Of a DNA stretch of 64,000 bases, positions 44,752 to 64,000 are shown in pieces. This stretch comes from the human T2T-CHM13v2.0 reference genome, Homo sapiens, in assembly GCF_009914755.1 (NCBI RefSeq), contig NC_060934.1; one strand, given 5' to 3'. The stretch's first letter is position 1. Every line of letters begins with the position of its first letter. The notes under the pieces are model-generated. The model was not told where the DNA came from and did not search any database. It was given only the letters and a program-made list of their open reading frames with translations. The translations under genes were made by a program, and so were the position numbers.

Positions 44752-45922
44752 GGCAAAATGATTTTATCATTCAAGAAGTATTAATCTTAAGTAAACTGAA
44801 AGTCCATTTCTTGTCACAAACAAAAAGTTATAGAATTATTTTGCTGAGAAAAAAAACAAAGGTAACAAAACCCCCACCAACTCAATGGGAATCTGCAGTG
44901 TTGGTAATGAACATATTGGCAAGCTACAAACCTTGTACCTGACAACACCTGCTATTCCATTTATACCACAATGAAACTAAGATAAACCTATCACAGGAGT
45001 AGCAACTGTGAAGTTCTCCATTATGGGTGCTATTTCATTCAAATATCTTGTCCTTTTCCAGGGCTTGATTCATAAAAATAATACTTCAAAAATTAAGCGC
45101 TAATGGCAAATATAGGTTCAACAGCTTAATCTTAGAACGAGATTTGTAACATTGTTATGAAGCTACTGTCAGTTCTTTCAAGTGGACAACCGTCCAAATA
45201 ATTCATAAATCCAACCACAGTCCCTGGACAAAGGGCTTAACAGGTATCCCAAACACTAAATGACTATCTAACAAAACTAGTCACAACATAATCAAAGAGA
45301 TGTGTAATTCGCAAAAAACTGCGAAGTCACTGCCCTCATCCACGACTAGTGGATACTCAACCACTTCAGTTTCCCGCGACAGTCCATGATCTTCCTCCAG
45401 CAGCAATGAACAATCCCTGCGCAGTGAACAAAAAAAGTTGATATGTGAAAAAAGTTCAAATATGTGAAAGAGTGGGCTTGTATTGAGGTCTGACTCCGTA
45501 TTGCACCCATGGTTCCGAAGGTGGCCAGCCCTCTGTCCACCTGACTCAAAACGGGGTCACACGCCAGCCTCTCCCTTATCTTTTGGCATTAGAGGCTGGG
45601 AGGCCAGGAAGCGGGGCCTTAATCATCTCCAGGTTAAGCATAGCGAGCTCCAAAAAGCCCTCAGAGTCCTGCCCTTCTGAAGACTCTAAGGCCCGCCCTC
45701 AAGGACCCTCACCGCCCCCCACCTGCCACTCGGCACCCCAAGGGAGCCGCTCCAGCTGCATCCGCTCCTCCCGGCACCCCCATCTAAAAATGTGTTCGCG
45801 CCCGCACTTTCAGCACTCCCAGATGACAAAACGCTGTGTTTGTGTATAAGTGAAAGCCACTCGCGCCAGTCACTTCCAGTTTACAAAGCCTTCTCTCTGG
45901 AGGTTATCCCTACCCGCTTTAC

Positions 45923-45985
45923 CTTTAGGGTCTTGGCGGGAACAAGTTCCCGCTGCCAGTGCCGTGTCGAATCGGCGGATGCTGT
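45923..45985 (-). other. DCLRE1A: Probable alternative non-coding first exon of DCLRE1A
   Basis: Donor CTAAAG|gtaaag at 45923/45922 and strong acceptor (T-tract)ctcag| at 44844/44843; 5' boundary uncertain. Confidence 0.55.
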
Positions 45986-46339
45986 TCAAAGAGAGAGACT
46001 TTAAAAATAATTTTTAAAAATACATTGCCCTTTTAAGTCCTACGGATTTATTGTATTTTATTTGTGTTCGAAAGTCCGCTAATTCCCAATGTGGAGGGTT
46101 GGGGATGTTTCCCTTAGCGCCTCTGGGACGCTGTCCCTAAGGCCTTATTCCATGTTGAATCTGACGCTCTCAATGTCCAGGCTCGGCTGCGGCGTGGGGA
46201 CCGAAAAGGGGCGGGGTGGGTCGGACGGCAGTTTAATTACGTCCCCGGGAACTGCGCCGATTTGGACTTTTGGCACTTGGACCTATGCTTTAAAAAGAAA
46301 AAAGTGTCATTGGCGTGGAGTGGGGCTAGTGGAGGGTGA

Positions 46340-47410
<1,071 letters not shown>

Positions 47411-50093
47411 TGAGGAGATATTACCTTATTCAATTACCTCTATATCCCAGTGAGGTGCTCCTATCATTCCCCTTTCACAGTTGAGGAAATGGAAGCACAG
47501 AGAGGTTAAGTCACATGCCCAGGGCCTCACAGCTGATAACTGCCCCAGTTGGATTATACAGGCCCTGGATTTGCTGGTTTCTTAGCTGTACTGTGCTTCT
47601 CCGTTCAAAGTCGTGAAACTAATACTTTTAAAAATCGGAATCAATTATAGCCTATTTCCAGGGTTTAAATCCTGGCCATGTGAGCTTTTGGAGCATGAAG
47701 GAACAGATATTCCCGGCAGGGATGTTTGTGAAGCATATCTTGCCATGATAAATGAAAACGTATTTTACCTTCTTTGGATGGGAGTAGCATTGCTTTGCCT
47801 GATGGTGCTGGCATGTGTCCTGGCGTGACACTGAAACCACATGTATAGTTAATTGGTTGGATGTGGCAGAATTCAGTTATCTCATGGGAGGTATATCGGA
47901 ACCTGCCTCCGACAACAGAGTATTGGTGTCTTTCCAAGTCTTTTGCACTACTCACCTTGAGAAGTGCTTATTTTTCCTGCTATTAATCTTATACTGGATT
48001 TGAAATATTGTGGAATTCTTACAAAAGAATTGGGTACATGAATGCTTATCCCATCAAATAAACTTTAAAAGATTGTTTACATCTATACAAATATATGATT
48101 TTAAAAAGTTTTGGTGCAGAAGGTAGTTATATAGTAAGTACACTGTTATAAACAAGCAGGCCATCAACTGGGATTTGGGGAATGTTTTTTATTTTCTAGT
48201 CTTGTTTGTATTTACAGGGAGTGTATTTTATTCCCATGAGATTTGACCTCTGTGACTCATAACTAAAAAAACATATAATAAAATATTCAGGCTTTGTGTT
48301 TAACACAGTATGATTTTCTCCTGGACCCGATTATTGAGGACAGAATGCTAGAAATGACTGTTTTCTTGGTTTCTTTAGCAGTAAACTATAATCAGGAAGT
48401 CATAAACATAACTTTATTTGAAAAACTGTATGCTTTGTTCATTTCTTAGAAGACTTACATGTTTATAGGAGACAGTGCAGTGTAATGGATAGATTCACAG
48501 AGACCTGGAATTAGATCCTTGTTATTTCCATTTTGTTGGTTGTGTGATTTTGAGCAAGTTACTTGACCTCAAAGCCTTATATTTCTCACTTGCAAAACTG
48601 AACTATTATTTACCTTTCAGGATTATTATTTGTATTGAAAGTAATATATGTAAAATTCTTAATTCACAGAAAAGCTTACTAAATGTTAGCAGCTTTTTAT
48701 TGTATTCATTGTAATTATTGTTATTGTAAAATAAATTTTATTAAGCCTGGTAAGTATCTAGCACGGTGACTAAGATGTAGTCATTCTTTCTATACCCCCT
48801 GATCTAAGCCACTCTTGACTATTTACAGAAAAGTCACAGAAGACAGATTAATAAATATTTTGCAAGTAGGATATGAAATATACATTAATTAGTCTGAAGT
48901 TTTGTATGATCACTTGATCTGGTATATAATTAATATTTTAACAAAATGGATAATTAAGAGGTCACTGTACCCTGAAACCTCATTAGTTTGGACTAATTGG
49001 CCCAAATACTAGTTTGATCTGCAGATTTTTTTTTCTAGAATTTTGTTATGATTGAGTAACAACAGTTATTGTTGTTAATCATTAGCTGTTACTGTTTACT
49101 TCTTCCTCCCAAGTTTGGCTTTCAGTTGCTAAAAGCTATTCTAAATACCTGCTTCAAGGCATAATTAATAGTTGTAATAGCTGCATTGAATTATTTATAA
49201 GCAGTAAACTTTGTTTTCTTAAATTGGTTAAATAGGGATGCTGTACTTTATTATTAGTTAACAAAATCTTTCTTCATAGTACAGAGCTTTCTTTTTTTGG
49301 AGGAAAGGGAACACGTTCTTCATTAATATTAATGTTACCTCAATGAAATCTGTGACAATAATAAGTGTATTTTGCTTAACTTTACATTTAGCATATTTTA
49401 TTTTGTATTTACGGTCTCATCCAAATCCAGAATATTTCAGTTTCTTCTCCTTTAGGAAACTGTTTTAGGCATTTTGTATGTTTATCCTTACACACATTTC
49501 ACTCCTTTTTGATGTTTAGTTATATCTTACTATTCTTAAGCTTGACCTTTATTCTCAGTAGCCCATTTGTATCTAATTGTTTATGTAATTAGGTTCATTT
49601 ACTATTTGATATTTCTTCCTTTTTTTTTTTTTTTGCCTAAGTGTGTTGCCTTTACTCCTTTTCACAGACTGTTACCCTATTTCTGAAAGAATTTAGTAGC
49701 TTTTTCTTGCTTTATTTGCAGATGGCATCATAATAGCAGCTTTCCCATCCTCTACTCCTCCTGCTCCCCCACCCGTACCCCCATCCCTTCCTTTTCTTTC
49801 TTCCCTTTTTGGGCTTTTAATCTCTGCTAATTTGCCTTTTTGGTATGTTCTTCCAAACCCAAATACCTGTTTAGTTACAGTCATAAAGATATATCTTTTA
49901 TTTCTTTTGTTGATAGAAAATGATGGTTCATAGTAAACAACTATAAATACATGCAACTGCCACAGCCTTTATATGGTGCTACTCTCTCAAAGTGTTTATT
50001 TGCATTAGTCTTAAAAAAAAAGGTCACATTTTAATGGAAAGTTTTAGGTAAATTTTATCTTTCTCTTTAATCATTGTAATTTATTTTATGTAA

Positions 50094-50276
<183 letters not shown>

Positions 50277-51929
50277 TAACAGACTGTCCTGGCATAGTCA
50301 CTGGAAGAGTGGCTGACTCATTAGCTCATAGGAGAATGAACATTTGGCAAGGCTTCAGGGATTCTAAAAGTAATCTCTTATCTATGAATTAAAGACTTCA
50401 TGTACCTTTTCATAAAGGATTAAGCTTAGTGATAGTGGTTTGCCTATCTAAAGAACCAGCATTTAGTATATGGTTTTTCTCTGCGGATAGGGGCATAATT
50501 TGCTATTTTTCATGATCAGATATTTTAAAAGGTCTTTTTGTATGTTGAGGCTGACTTAAATTTGTTCTATTAAAAAAATAAAATATCTGACCTTAATTTT
50601 ACACTGTTTTCACTGTGATACAAAGGTTTAAAGTTCTTATTAGGAAATGTGACTAGGCTTTCATTAATATTGAATGACATGAACTGCAGTGGAATGCAAA
50701 ATATAACAGATACTCTTTCTTTGACCCTGCTTCATTAAAAAATGATTTATTACAGCTAATGTTTTTCAAAGCACACTAGGAAATCCATTTTTATGGTATT
50801 ACAAATTCTAAAGATGTAGGAGATTATACTTATTGGCTTTAGAAGTTTGAAAAATTAATCAAATTTTTTTTGTCTACTTTCTAAAAAAAGAACATGGGAG
50901 TAAATGAAATTAATTAAAAGTATCATTTAATTAGGTTCAAGTGAATTGAAGCACTAATCTTGGAGTGGATAAAAAAAAGAGATAGGGTCACCGATCCTGT
51001 GTTAGTAAAGATGAGAATAGACTATATACGTGTGAAAGTAAAGGATATTCTGAAACTTAACTTTAAAGGGGAAGTGATAGAGAAATCTTCAGTGCAACTG
51101 AAACTTCAGATGCTTTTGAATTGTAATACATTGTATGTTAAAATTACCAGTCAAATGATTTATCAAGAACTCAAATATTTCTACTAGCTAAATCCTGTTA
51201 TTAAAAATTTATCTGTATGGATTTAAGAAATATGGATATCTTATCTCCTAGGTTTTAGATGCCAGTGTTTCTTGTTCAAGACATCACGTTTATTGAACAT
51301 GTTGTTATGTGCAGGGTACTCTGCTAACTGCTGAGGAAATATGTAACAAAATTGAATAAAAAACATTATGGAACCTAAGGAAAGGAATAAGTCACTTTGC
51401 CTAGAAACATTGGAAAAGATTTCTCAGAGAAGGAGACAATTGAGCTAGAACTTGAAAAATAAGCAGGAGTGCAGCTGAAAATGAAAGTGGGGCAGAAGGG
51501 ACACTCCTGGCTGAGGAAGCTTCAGGTAAACAAGCATGGAATCACAGAGGAGTAGGATTCTTGCTCCAAGAACAGGTAAATAATTTAGTGTGGCAAGATT
51601 GTAAGAGTTCATGGTAAAAGTAAAAGGAGACAAAGGTAGGTTAGGTTAGGAGCACATTGTGAAATGCATTGTATAGCGTTCTTAATAGTTTAGACTTTTC
51701 CTTCTGTGAGGATACAGAGATTGAAGTTTGTTTTTGATTTGTTTTTTTAGTAGACGGATGACATTTGTGTTTTAGAATGGCATTACACATGGAGTTAAGA
51801 ATCTCAAAGTTTACCAGTTCCATACCTAAGATCACCCCTGAAAGACTATTTGGTGAACTCATGGTTAACCCCATACCTTAAGCAGATTCAGTGACTTCCT
51901 AGAATGGATCCTTATAATCTCCTACTAGT

Positions 51930-55960
<4,031 letters not shown>

Positions 55961-55985
55961 GAAGAAACTATAAGAACACAAAAAT

Positions 55986-56310
<325 letters not shown>

Positions 56311-56419
56311 CTATTTTAAAAATGAACCTTACAAGGTCAGAATTGTGCACCACTGGGAGGGTTACACTCAGTGGTTTGTTGGAGCTGGCTCCTGTAGGCT
56401 GGTGAGAGCCATTTGTTAA

Positions 56420-56815
<396 letters not shown>

Positions 56816-58324
56816 CACAAATGAGAGGTTTTTAAAAATCGCTTTTCATCCCCCCCCCCCGTTCCTCTCACCATATAATAGAGCTGGTTTATTAGCATAT
56901 TACTGGGTATGATTTGCTGGCCCAATAACTCACTTGTTAATGTGGTGGAGAATACTGACTAGTGTTTTTCTGTATTTGGCTTAGAATATTGTTTGTGGAA
57001 TATATTTCTTTTTTAGATTACCGTAGAACTTTTTCTTTAATTTGCCACAGGTTTGTGAAGAATATTGGAAAAAAGGAAAAGCACGAGAAATAGTTGAGAA
57101 TGCCATTGTGATAAGTGTTCACAGAGGCTTTCTTTTCTTTTTTTTTTTTTTAATATAACTTCGACTTTTTTTTTTTTTTTTAGTTTAAGTTCTGGGATAC
57201 ATGTGCTGAACATGCAGGTTTGTTACATAGTGGAATAAATTTTTAACCATTAAAAAATATTTTGTAAGTAGTCTCAACATTGTATTTCAAAGAAACATTG
57301 CTTCTGTAATATGCTACTATGTGAAAATCCTGATAACTTAAAAGATTTTTATATTGATTAGAAGATAAGTTCAGTTCATATTCATAAAAGCAGACATAAC
57401 CAGAAATGATCACATGGCAGCTCAATAAGCTGTCACTAAGTCACTAAATTGAATTTGCTTTTTTGTAGTTAAATATCTTCTCCCATTACTATTTGATGTA
57501 CTTCTGAATGTATCTGCAGCAGTGCTATTTATGTTCTCGAAGTGACATTTGGCAGTATATTTAAAATTCCATGAAATGTTCTGCTCATTTTACCATAAAG
57601 CCAAAAATGCTCCACTGAATAAGGAAGTGTTTATTAATTCAAAACCTTGAAAGAGGCCCAATTTCATAATCAACTTGCTTCCTCTAAATCAGCTTTTAAA
57701 TGCAGGTTTGTAATAGGGGCCAGTGCCACTTTCACAGTCGCAAATGAGAAATCGCAAATGCCAAGAAGTTTGAAAGCAAAAAGCAAAACCTACTTAATAG
57801 GAATGAATTGTTCTGATGTTTAAACATTTTTAAAGAAGCAACTATGCCCTAAGATTGTTATTAATTAATAATAACTTAGTACATATTTATGTTAAACTGC
57901 AAGTGATATTTTACCATTTTCTACTTGAGAACTTCTAAGTTTTTTATTTATGGTGTATACATTAATGGTATGTTATTATGTAGTACTGAAATTGAACATA
58001 ATGGCTATTATCTAAGGAAAAGCACTTTTGTTTTATAAGAAAACTTCTATTAGGAAAGCCTTGTGTATTTTAATGTGATTGCTAGGTGTATGTTAATGTA
58101 TAACTAAGTCAGACTTCTAAAAATCTGAATTTCTTATTACTATTGAGTAAATGCTAGTATTATCATATAGTATATGCTTTTTTCTGTTTTATACTTTATT
58201 AAAAATTAGAAGAATGCACTTTTAATTTTATAGTAAAATAAGCCTTTAAATAAGTCTATATATAATTTCACTTTGTGTCATTGTTCTCAAACCTCGCCTG
58301 CCCGCCTCCCCGCCTCCACCCCCG

Positions 58325-58857
58325 GCTCCTTCACCAGGTTTGATAGTTTTCATTAGGAGTACTCACAAGATTCAGCATATAATTGTACTCATGACTATAT
58401 TATAGCAAAAAGATACCAAGCAGAATCAGGAAAGGGAAAAGATGCATGGGGCTGAGTTGAAGGGAGACCAGGTACAAGATTCTAGAGTCTTCTTTCAGTG
58501 GAGTCAACCCAAGGTGCTCTTAATTTCCTCAGCCATGTGTTGTGACAGCACATTTGGGATGTTGCCAACCAGAGAAGCTTAGAAATAACCAAGGCTTTTA
58601 TTGGGGGCTGGTCATGTAGGCAGCTTCTGCCTGCTGTCATGTTTCAAAAGTTCAGATTCTCAGAAGGAAAGCAGGTATTCAGTATAAGCTGTATTGTTTG
58701 TACAAACATTTTAGGCAAAGTGAGCCACTCATCAGTTCTAGGAATGGTGAAAACCCTCCCGAAATCTAAGCTCCCAGAAGCCAGGCAAGAGCCAATCTTG
58801 TTTGCACACCTTTTAAAGGATAGCAGTCAGGGCTACTATGTTAACTCTTTCTGCACA
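58325..58857 (-). mobile_element. MER21-like LTR
   Basis: ctactatgttaactctttctgcaca terminus and internal MER21-type motifs. Confidence 0.7.
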
Positions 58858-60139
58858 CACTTTATATTTTCTTTATTCAGTAGTTTGTCTATTTATTCTA
58901 TGTTCTTAAATAAAGTACTATGAAAACATTGCCAATTTATGGCACATTTTCAGATGTTTAGTGTGGACAACAGCCTGATATCAGTGTTTGATTGGCTTTC
59001 AAATTTGCTTCTCATTTATTTCCCAATTTAGTGTTCAGCGATTTTGATCCTTTCATTTTTATGTTTCCATTGTTCTTAGTATAAAAACGAAAATTTTCCC
59101 TCTCCAGCATCTTTTCCACACCCTTCTCATCCTTCCTCAAGGCTGTTCTAGCCTCCCTGGCTTTCCTTCAGTTCCTAAGTATCATTGTTCCTCTTGCTTT
59201 AACACCTTGACACAGTGTTCCCTCTGCCTGGAATCATCGTCTCATCCTTTTTGTCTAGTGAAGCCATGGTTGTCTTCTGGATCTCAGAATGTCTCCATTA
59301 CAGGTTTTTGTTTTTGTTTTTGTTTTTGTTTTTTTAGCATCTTTCGAAATGCCTCAAATAGTCTCAATCCTTGCATTTAACTAGGTTTTTACATTGCCTG
59401 TGATTAAACTACACGTTCTACTATAGTATATACAATTGTAATTGAGTGCATTTAGAAGTATACGTCTCTCAATAAGACTTTTGAAGCTTTAAAAATATGT
59501 ATTTTAAAAAGTGGTTTTATTACTAATATTTTAGAAGCAGTTATATATTTATCATGTTTTTTGTTGGTTAGTCAGAGACAAGGTCTCACTCTGTTGCCTG
59601 GGCTGGATTTCACTGGTGCGATCACAGCTCACGGCAGCCACGACCTCCTGGGCTCAAGTGATCTGCCCGCCTCAGCCTCTCAAAGTGCTGGTATTACAAA
59701 CAGCCTGAGCCACCATGTATGTGTGGTTTTTTTATTGGTGGTGATGGTGGTGTTTTACTTCACTGAGAAGAAGGAAGTTACAATTTTTGATATAGTTTCT
59801 CCTTCCCTCATTCCCTTCTTCCTTGCCCTCTTCTCTCCCTCTTTCCTGTCTCCCTCTCTTCTTTCCTTTCTTCTGTATTTTCTCTTAAATGGAGTAATTT
59901 TGATCCCTATGTTGGCAAAGGATTCATAAAGGGCAGAATCTTTTACATCCGCTTTTCAGTATGCATGATTAACAGAAAAAGCTAAATAATTTAAGAAAAA
60001 TCTGCATATTGAGGTTCTTACAGAAACAAATGGGAGTGGATATTTGGCAATTGTGTTTGTACGTAGATCAATATAGATCTCCTATTTGGACAATATGATA
60101 TGGTTTATTATACAGATTTATAAATTCCTTCAGTATTTA

Positions 60140-60960
60140 TGTCCTGTGAAATCATTTGTTTCCTACTTACGTACTAGGCACTGGAGAATAATAAAACATG
60201 CATGGGACCTATGTAATTAGTAGGCATTATAGTCTAACAAAAGAAGGCATATAATTAAATAATCATACATATTTTTATAATTTCTGATTAGTGATCTATA
60301 GGAAAAATTACAGGCTGCTATGATGACATTATAGAGTTTAATCTGGAAGAAATCTTTCTTATGAAAGTAAAAATTGAACTTCTGTTCTAAAAGACAAGCG
60401 TGGCTTTAGTAGGTGAGAACAGATGAGAACATTCCAGTCAGAGGGAACACTGTATGCCAACCCTATAAAGCAAAAGGAATAATATTATTGAGGAACCAAA
60501 GGAAGTCCTAGAATATACTGCAGGAGGAAAAGAGTGTGGAGAAGATACTGGAGAGATGAGATTTGTTATACTAGGAACAATTGAAAGCCAATGAAGGATT
60601 TTCTGCAACAAGGTGACATGATCAGATTTGTGTTTTTAAAAGATCAGTGACTTCAGGATGGATAACTACTTGGTGGGCAAGAATGGATATGGGAAATCTG
60701 TGACAAGGCTGTTGTGCTCTCTGTGAATAGGATAACAACTTGAAACTAGTCATAGCTGATAAGAGCAATAGGACTTGATTGTGGATTAAGTATGGATGAT
60801 GAGAGTGGGCTGATTGATTACTACAGAGATGTCCTAGACTGGTTTTTTGCTTCTATAATTGGATGGATGATGGTGCCATGCAGTGACAGGAAACACTGAA
60901 AAGGTCATATTTGGAGGAGAAGGTTATGAGTTTAGTTTGAAATATCTTTGAGACTTGCCC
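60140..60960 (-). mobile_element. L2 remnant
   Basis: Purine-rich L2 motifs (gtgacatgatcagatttgtgttttt, ggatggatgatggtgccat). Confidence 0.7.
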
Positions 60961-62583
60961 TTCATTCTCCATATAACTTCCCATTTTTCTTAGGATAAAG
61001 ATATAAATCTTTACCATGACTTACAAGACTGATCCCATCTGTATGTTTGTTCTCATTTTGTCCCACGTTCTCCATTGTTCTCTGTGCCTAGTCACTTACC
61101 TTCTTCAGTTTCTTCTATCCTTCCTGCTTCCTCTTTGTAGGTGCTGTTGTCTCTCCCTGGAATCTCCTTCAGCGTTCTCTGCACCTAACACCTCATCATT
61201 CACATCTCACTTCAGTCATCACTTCTTCAAGGAAATGTTGGGATATATTTATCAGTAGGAAAATGTGTGATACATGATAACATACTTTATGATAAATATT
61301 ACATATATATAATGTACATAAAATGTATACAGATTTAACTCATGGATTCTTATTTAAAATTCATTGGGTTATAAATAATTACTGTGATAATTTATTTTGG
61401 TATTCCAATGGTCCAAGATTTGACTAATAGGATCCCCTTCAGGCTGTCTTCTGTGATCTTTTGGTATTTCTTTGTCGTTTTTTGAGCCCTTCCTTACTAA
61501 ATACACCAAAATATTTCCATATGTATCTTGTGTTTTTCCAGCCCAACCCTGAGTCAGCTATTTCTTTAAGGAGCTTTGATCCCTTTTAGTAGGGAATGGT
61601 ATTGAGAAACCAAGGTCTGGGAACTAGATGTGCTCATTGCTACTATGGTGTTTTTGCTTCTAGTTTCTCAAATAATTCAGAAATTACTTAGGCTATTCCT
61701 TCCCACTTCTCAGCTTCCCCCATTAAATTATGTTATTCATCTAAAGTATCGTTAGATTTATTTTTTTCTATTTGTATTTCATTTTAAGTCCCCCCATCTT
61801 TGTTGACTTAGTTTTTGAGTGTGTAAGACAACATGGTCTTCAAAGTGAGGATGAAACAGATATTCATTCTATCCACCCATCCCTTCTAACTGTTCTTGCC
61901 TTCCCATTTCTGTCCTATATTTTTTAAAATTTCCTTTTTTTTAAAACAAAAGGTGACATACTGTAGACATTTTTATACACTCGCTTTTTTCATGTAAAAT
62001 TTTATCCCAGGAGTCACTTCATAACAGTTCATAGAGAACTTCTTGACTTTTAAAAATAACTGCATAGTACTCCGCTATATGTGTGCCATAACTCATTCAG
62101 CCACTCTCCTATCCTGTGTGTTGGCTCTTAGATCATTCCATATTTAGCAATTATAAGCAATAAATAATCTTGTAGATATGCTTTTGTCTTGCTGGTGGAA
62201 TCACTTAAGGATAAATTCCTAAAAGTGGCATTGCTGGGTCAAAGTTAAGTACATATGTAGTTTCGTTAGGTATTGCCTAGTTCTTCATCAGGAAAGTTGT
62301 ACCAGTTTGTATTTCTGCTAGCAGTGTGTGAGTGTACCTCTTTCTCAGATGCTGCTTCAATAAACTGTCTTGACATACTTTTTAATTTTTACCAATCTAA
62401 TAGATAGGAAGTGGTATCTTGGTGTAATTTTAAGATGTATTTTTGAGTTGGGTTAATCTTATGTTTATATGGCTATTTATTGTATATGAAGTTTTGTCTG
62501 CCATTATATCCCCTAACTGGTTATTGTTTGAGTATATAAAGGCTACTGATTTCCATGTGTTAATTATTCTTGCTTCCTGCATC

Positions 62584-62891
62584 TTTTTTTTTTTTTTTTT
62601 TTTTTTTTTGAGACGGAGTTTTGTTCTTATTGCCCAGGCTAGAGTACAGTGGCGTGATCTCGGTTCACCGCAACGTTTGCCTCTCAGGTTCAAGCAATTC
62701 TCCTGCCTCAGCCTCCCAAGTAGCTGGGATTACGTGGATGTGCCACCACGCCCGGCTAATTTTGTATTTTTAGTAGAGACAGAGTTTCTCCATGTTGGTC
62801 AGGCTGGTCTTGGCCTCCCGACCTCAGGTGATCAGCCAGCCTCGGCCTCCCAAAGTGTTGGGATTACAGGCGTGAGCCACTGCACCTGGCC
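62584..62891 (-). mobile_element. AluSp/Sq within old reverse L1M fragments (~61250-63080)
   Basis: gagacggagttttgttcttattgccc; long T tail. Confidence 0.88.
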
Positions 62892-64000
62892 CTGAATCTT
62901 TTATTATTTGACTTAGTTTTATAATTGAGTCTCTGGACTTTTCTTGATATACTGTTATAGCTCCATATAGAAATTTTTCAGTCTTATGCCTCTAATTGAT
63001 TTCACTTGTCTAATTATGTTGGCTAATCCCCCACGCCCCACCTCAATTTATTGTTAAACAATAGTAGAGATGGTAGGCATTTTTTTCCTTATTCTTTATC
63101 GTATTGGAAGTACTTCTGTTTTTATACTACTGGAAATACTTCTATTTTATACTGTACTTCTGTTTTTATACCAGTTTCTGGTTTTATACTTAGTTTATTT
63201 AATCAACTAACAAAGTATGAAAGATTAGTGTAAGTAATTATATGTCAATAAACCTAATGATTAAAAAGAATCTATCTGTGCTACTTCTGGGTTTGGAGGA
63301 GGATGGTGGCTACCTGATCTTGAATCTCCCCACTGTCCCTCCCCTCTGTTCCAAACAATAAAAAAGGGGAGAACAAGTAAAATCTCACTTGGCCCTGCAT
63401 TTCACAATACTAGGAGACAGAGAATATCATGGCCTTGACATTAGATGGAAGTTCAGAAATAAACTAAATTCCCATAAAGGTTCTATTGCTGTAAGTCTGT
63501 GGATGCCAAGAACAAGTGTAGGGGAGACTTAAAAGACTCCATGAGAACAAGTAGAGTGGTTCAGAGTATTTAGACAATGCACAAACAGAATAGTCTCCTT
63601 ACCCCCAGAAAGAGAAGCTCCAATACAAAGTATAAAATACTGAACACAGGTTTGGACATACTAGACCATATCACCAGCTCTTACAAGAGTGCAGGACAAG
63701 GAATTGAAGCCTCAGAGAAGCATTGCTCCTGGGAGATAATCAGCTATATAAGAAAGATGTGGTTTCCCTTGGAGATAGGCCACTGAAGGGAAAAAAGCGT
63801 ATATGAAGGAAAAGGTAAGGTTCTAATGGAAACAAAAGAGAAAGAAGATATATCAACCCCTCCTTACACCAATGCTATTCATCAATGAAACTGCCCAGAA
63901 AAAGGGAACTGTCAGAAGAGGGCACTCTCAAACTAGGAACCCTATTCGCAAAATGAACAGGAATAGAAAAAAGCAGATCACATCTATATAAAAACTACTG

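Noticed and set aside
47662-47759. Possible frameshifting cassette exon in NHLRC2 intron 1
   Set aside because: Weak donor (AAC|gtattt) and no independent support; a 15-nt match to 17837-17851 is probably chance.

Overview
Primate, almost certainly human, genomic DNA from the DCLRE1A/NHLRC2 locus (10q25 in human, from recall). It holds the complete 9-exon CDS of DCLRE1A/SNM1A on the minus strand (44751 to 26734). The exons, spliced by hand, give 3123 nt = 1040 aa plus stop, with all phases consistent. DCLRE1A is head-to-head across a CpG island with NHLRC2 coding exons 1-2 on the plus strand (46442-46619, 50101-50253); the rest of NHLRC2 lies beyond the window. Much of the remainder is Alu, L1, L2, MIR, LTR and DNA-transposon sequence. 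The most notable signal that I cannot name is a chain of about 11-12 exon-like blocks on the minus strand at 15.0-22.5 kb, just downstream of DCLRE1A. They have splice-consensus ends, protein-like translations, scattered stops and at least one frameshift, which fits a decayed multi-exon (unitary pseudo)gene of unidentified family. Also present are a SNORA17 retrocopy with about 350 nt of 3' trailer, an L1PA whose 5'UTR is fused directly to ORF2, a palindromic 46-bp minisatellite, and a spliceable, uORF-bearing DCLRE1A leader. Repeat subfamily names are from recall of consensus sequences and repeat boundaries are approximate.
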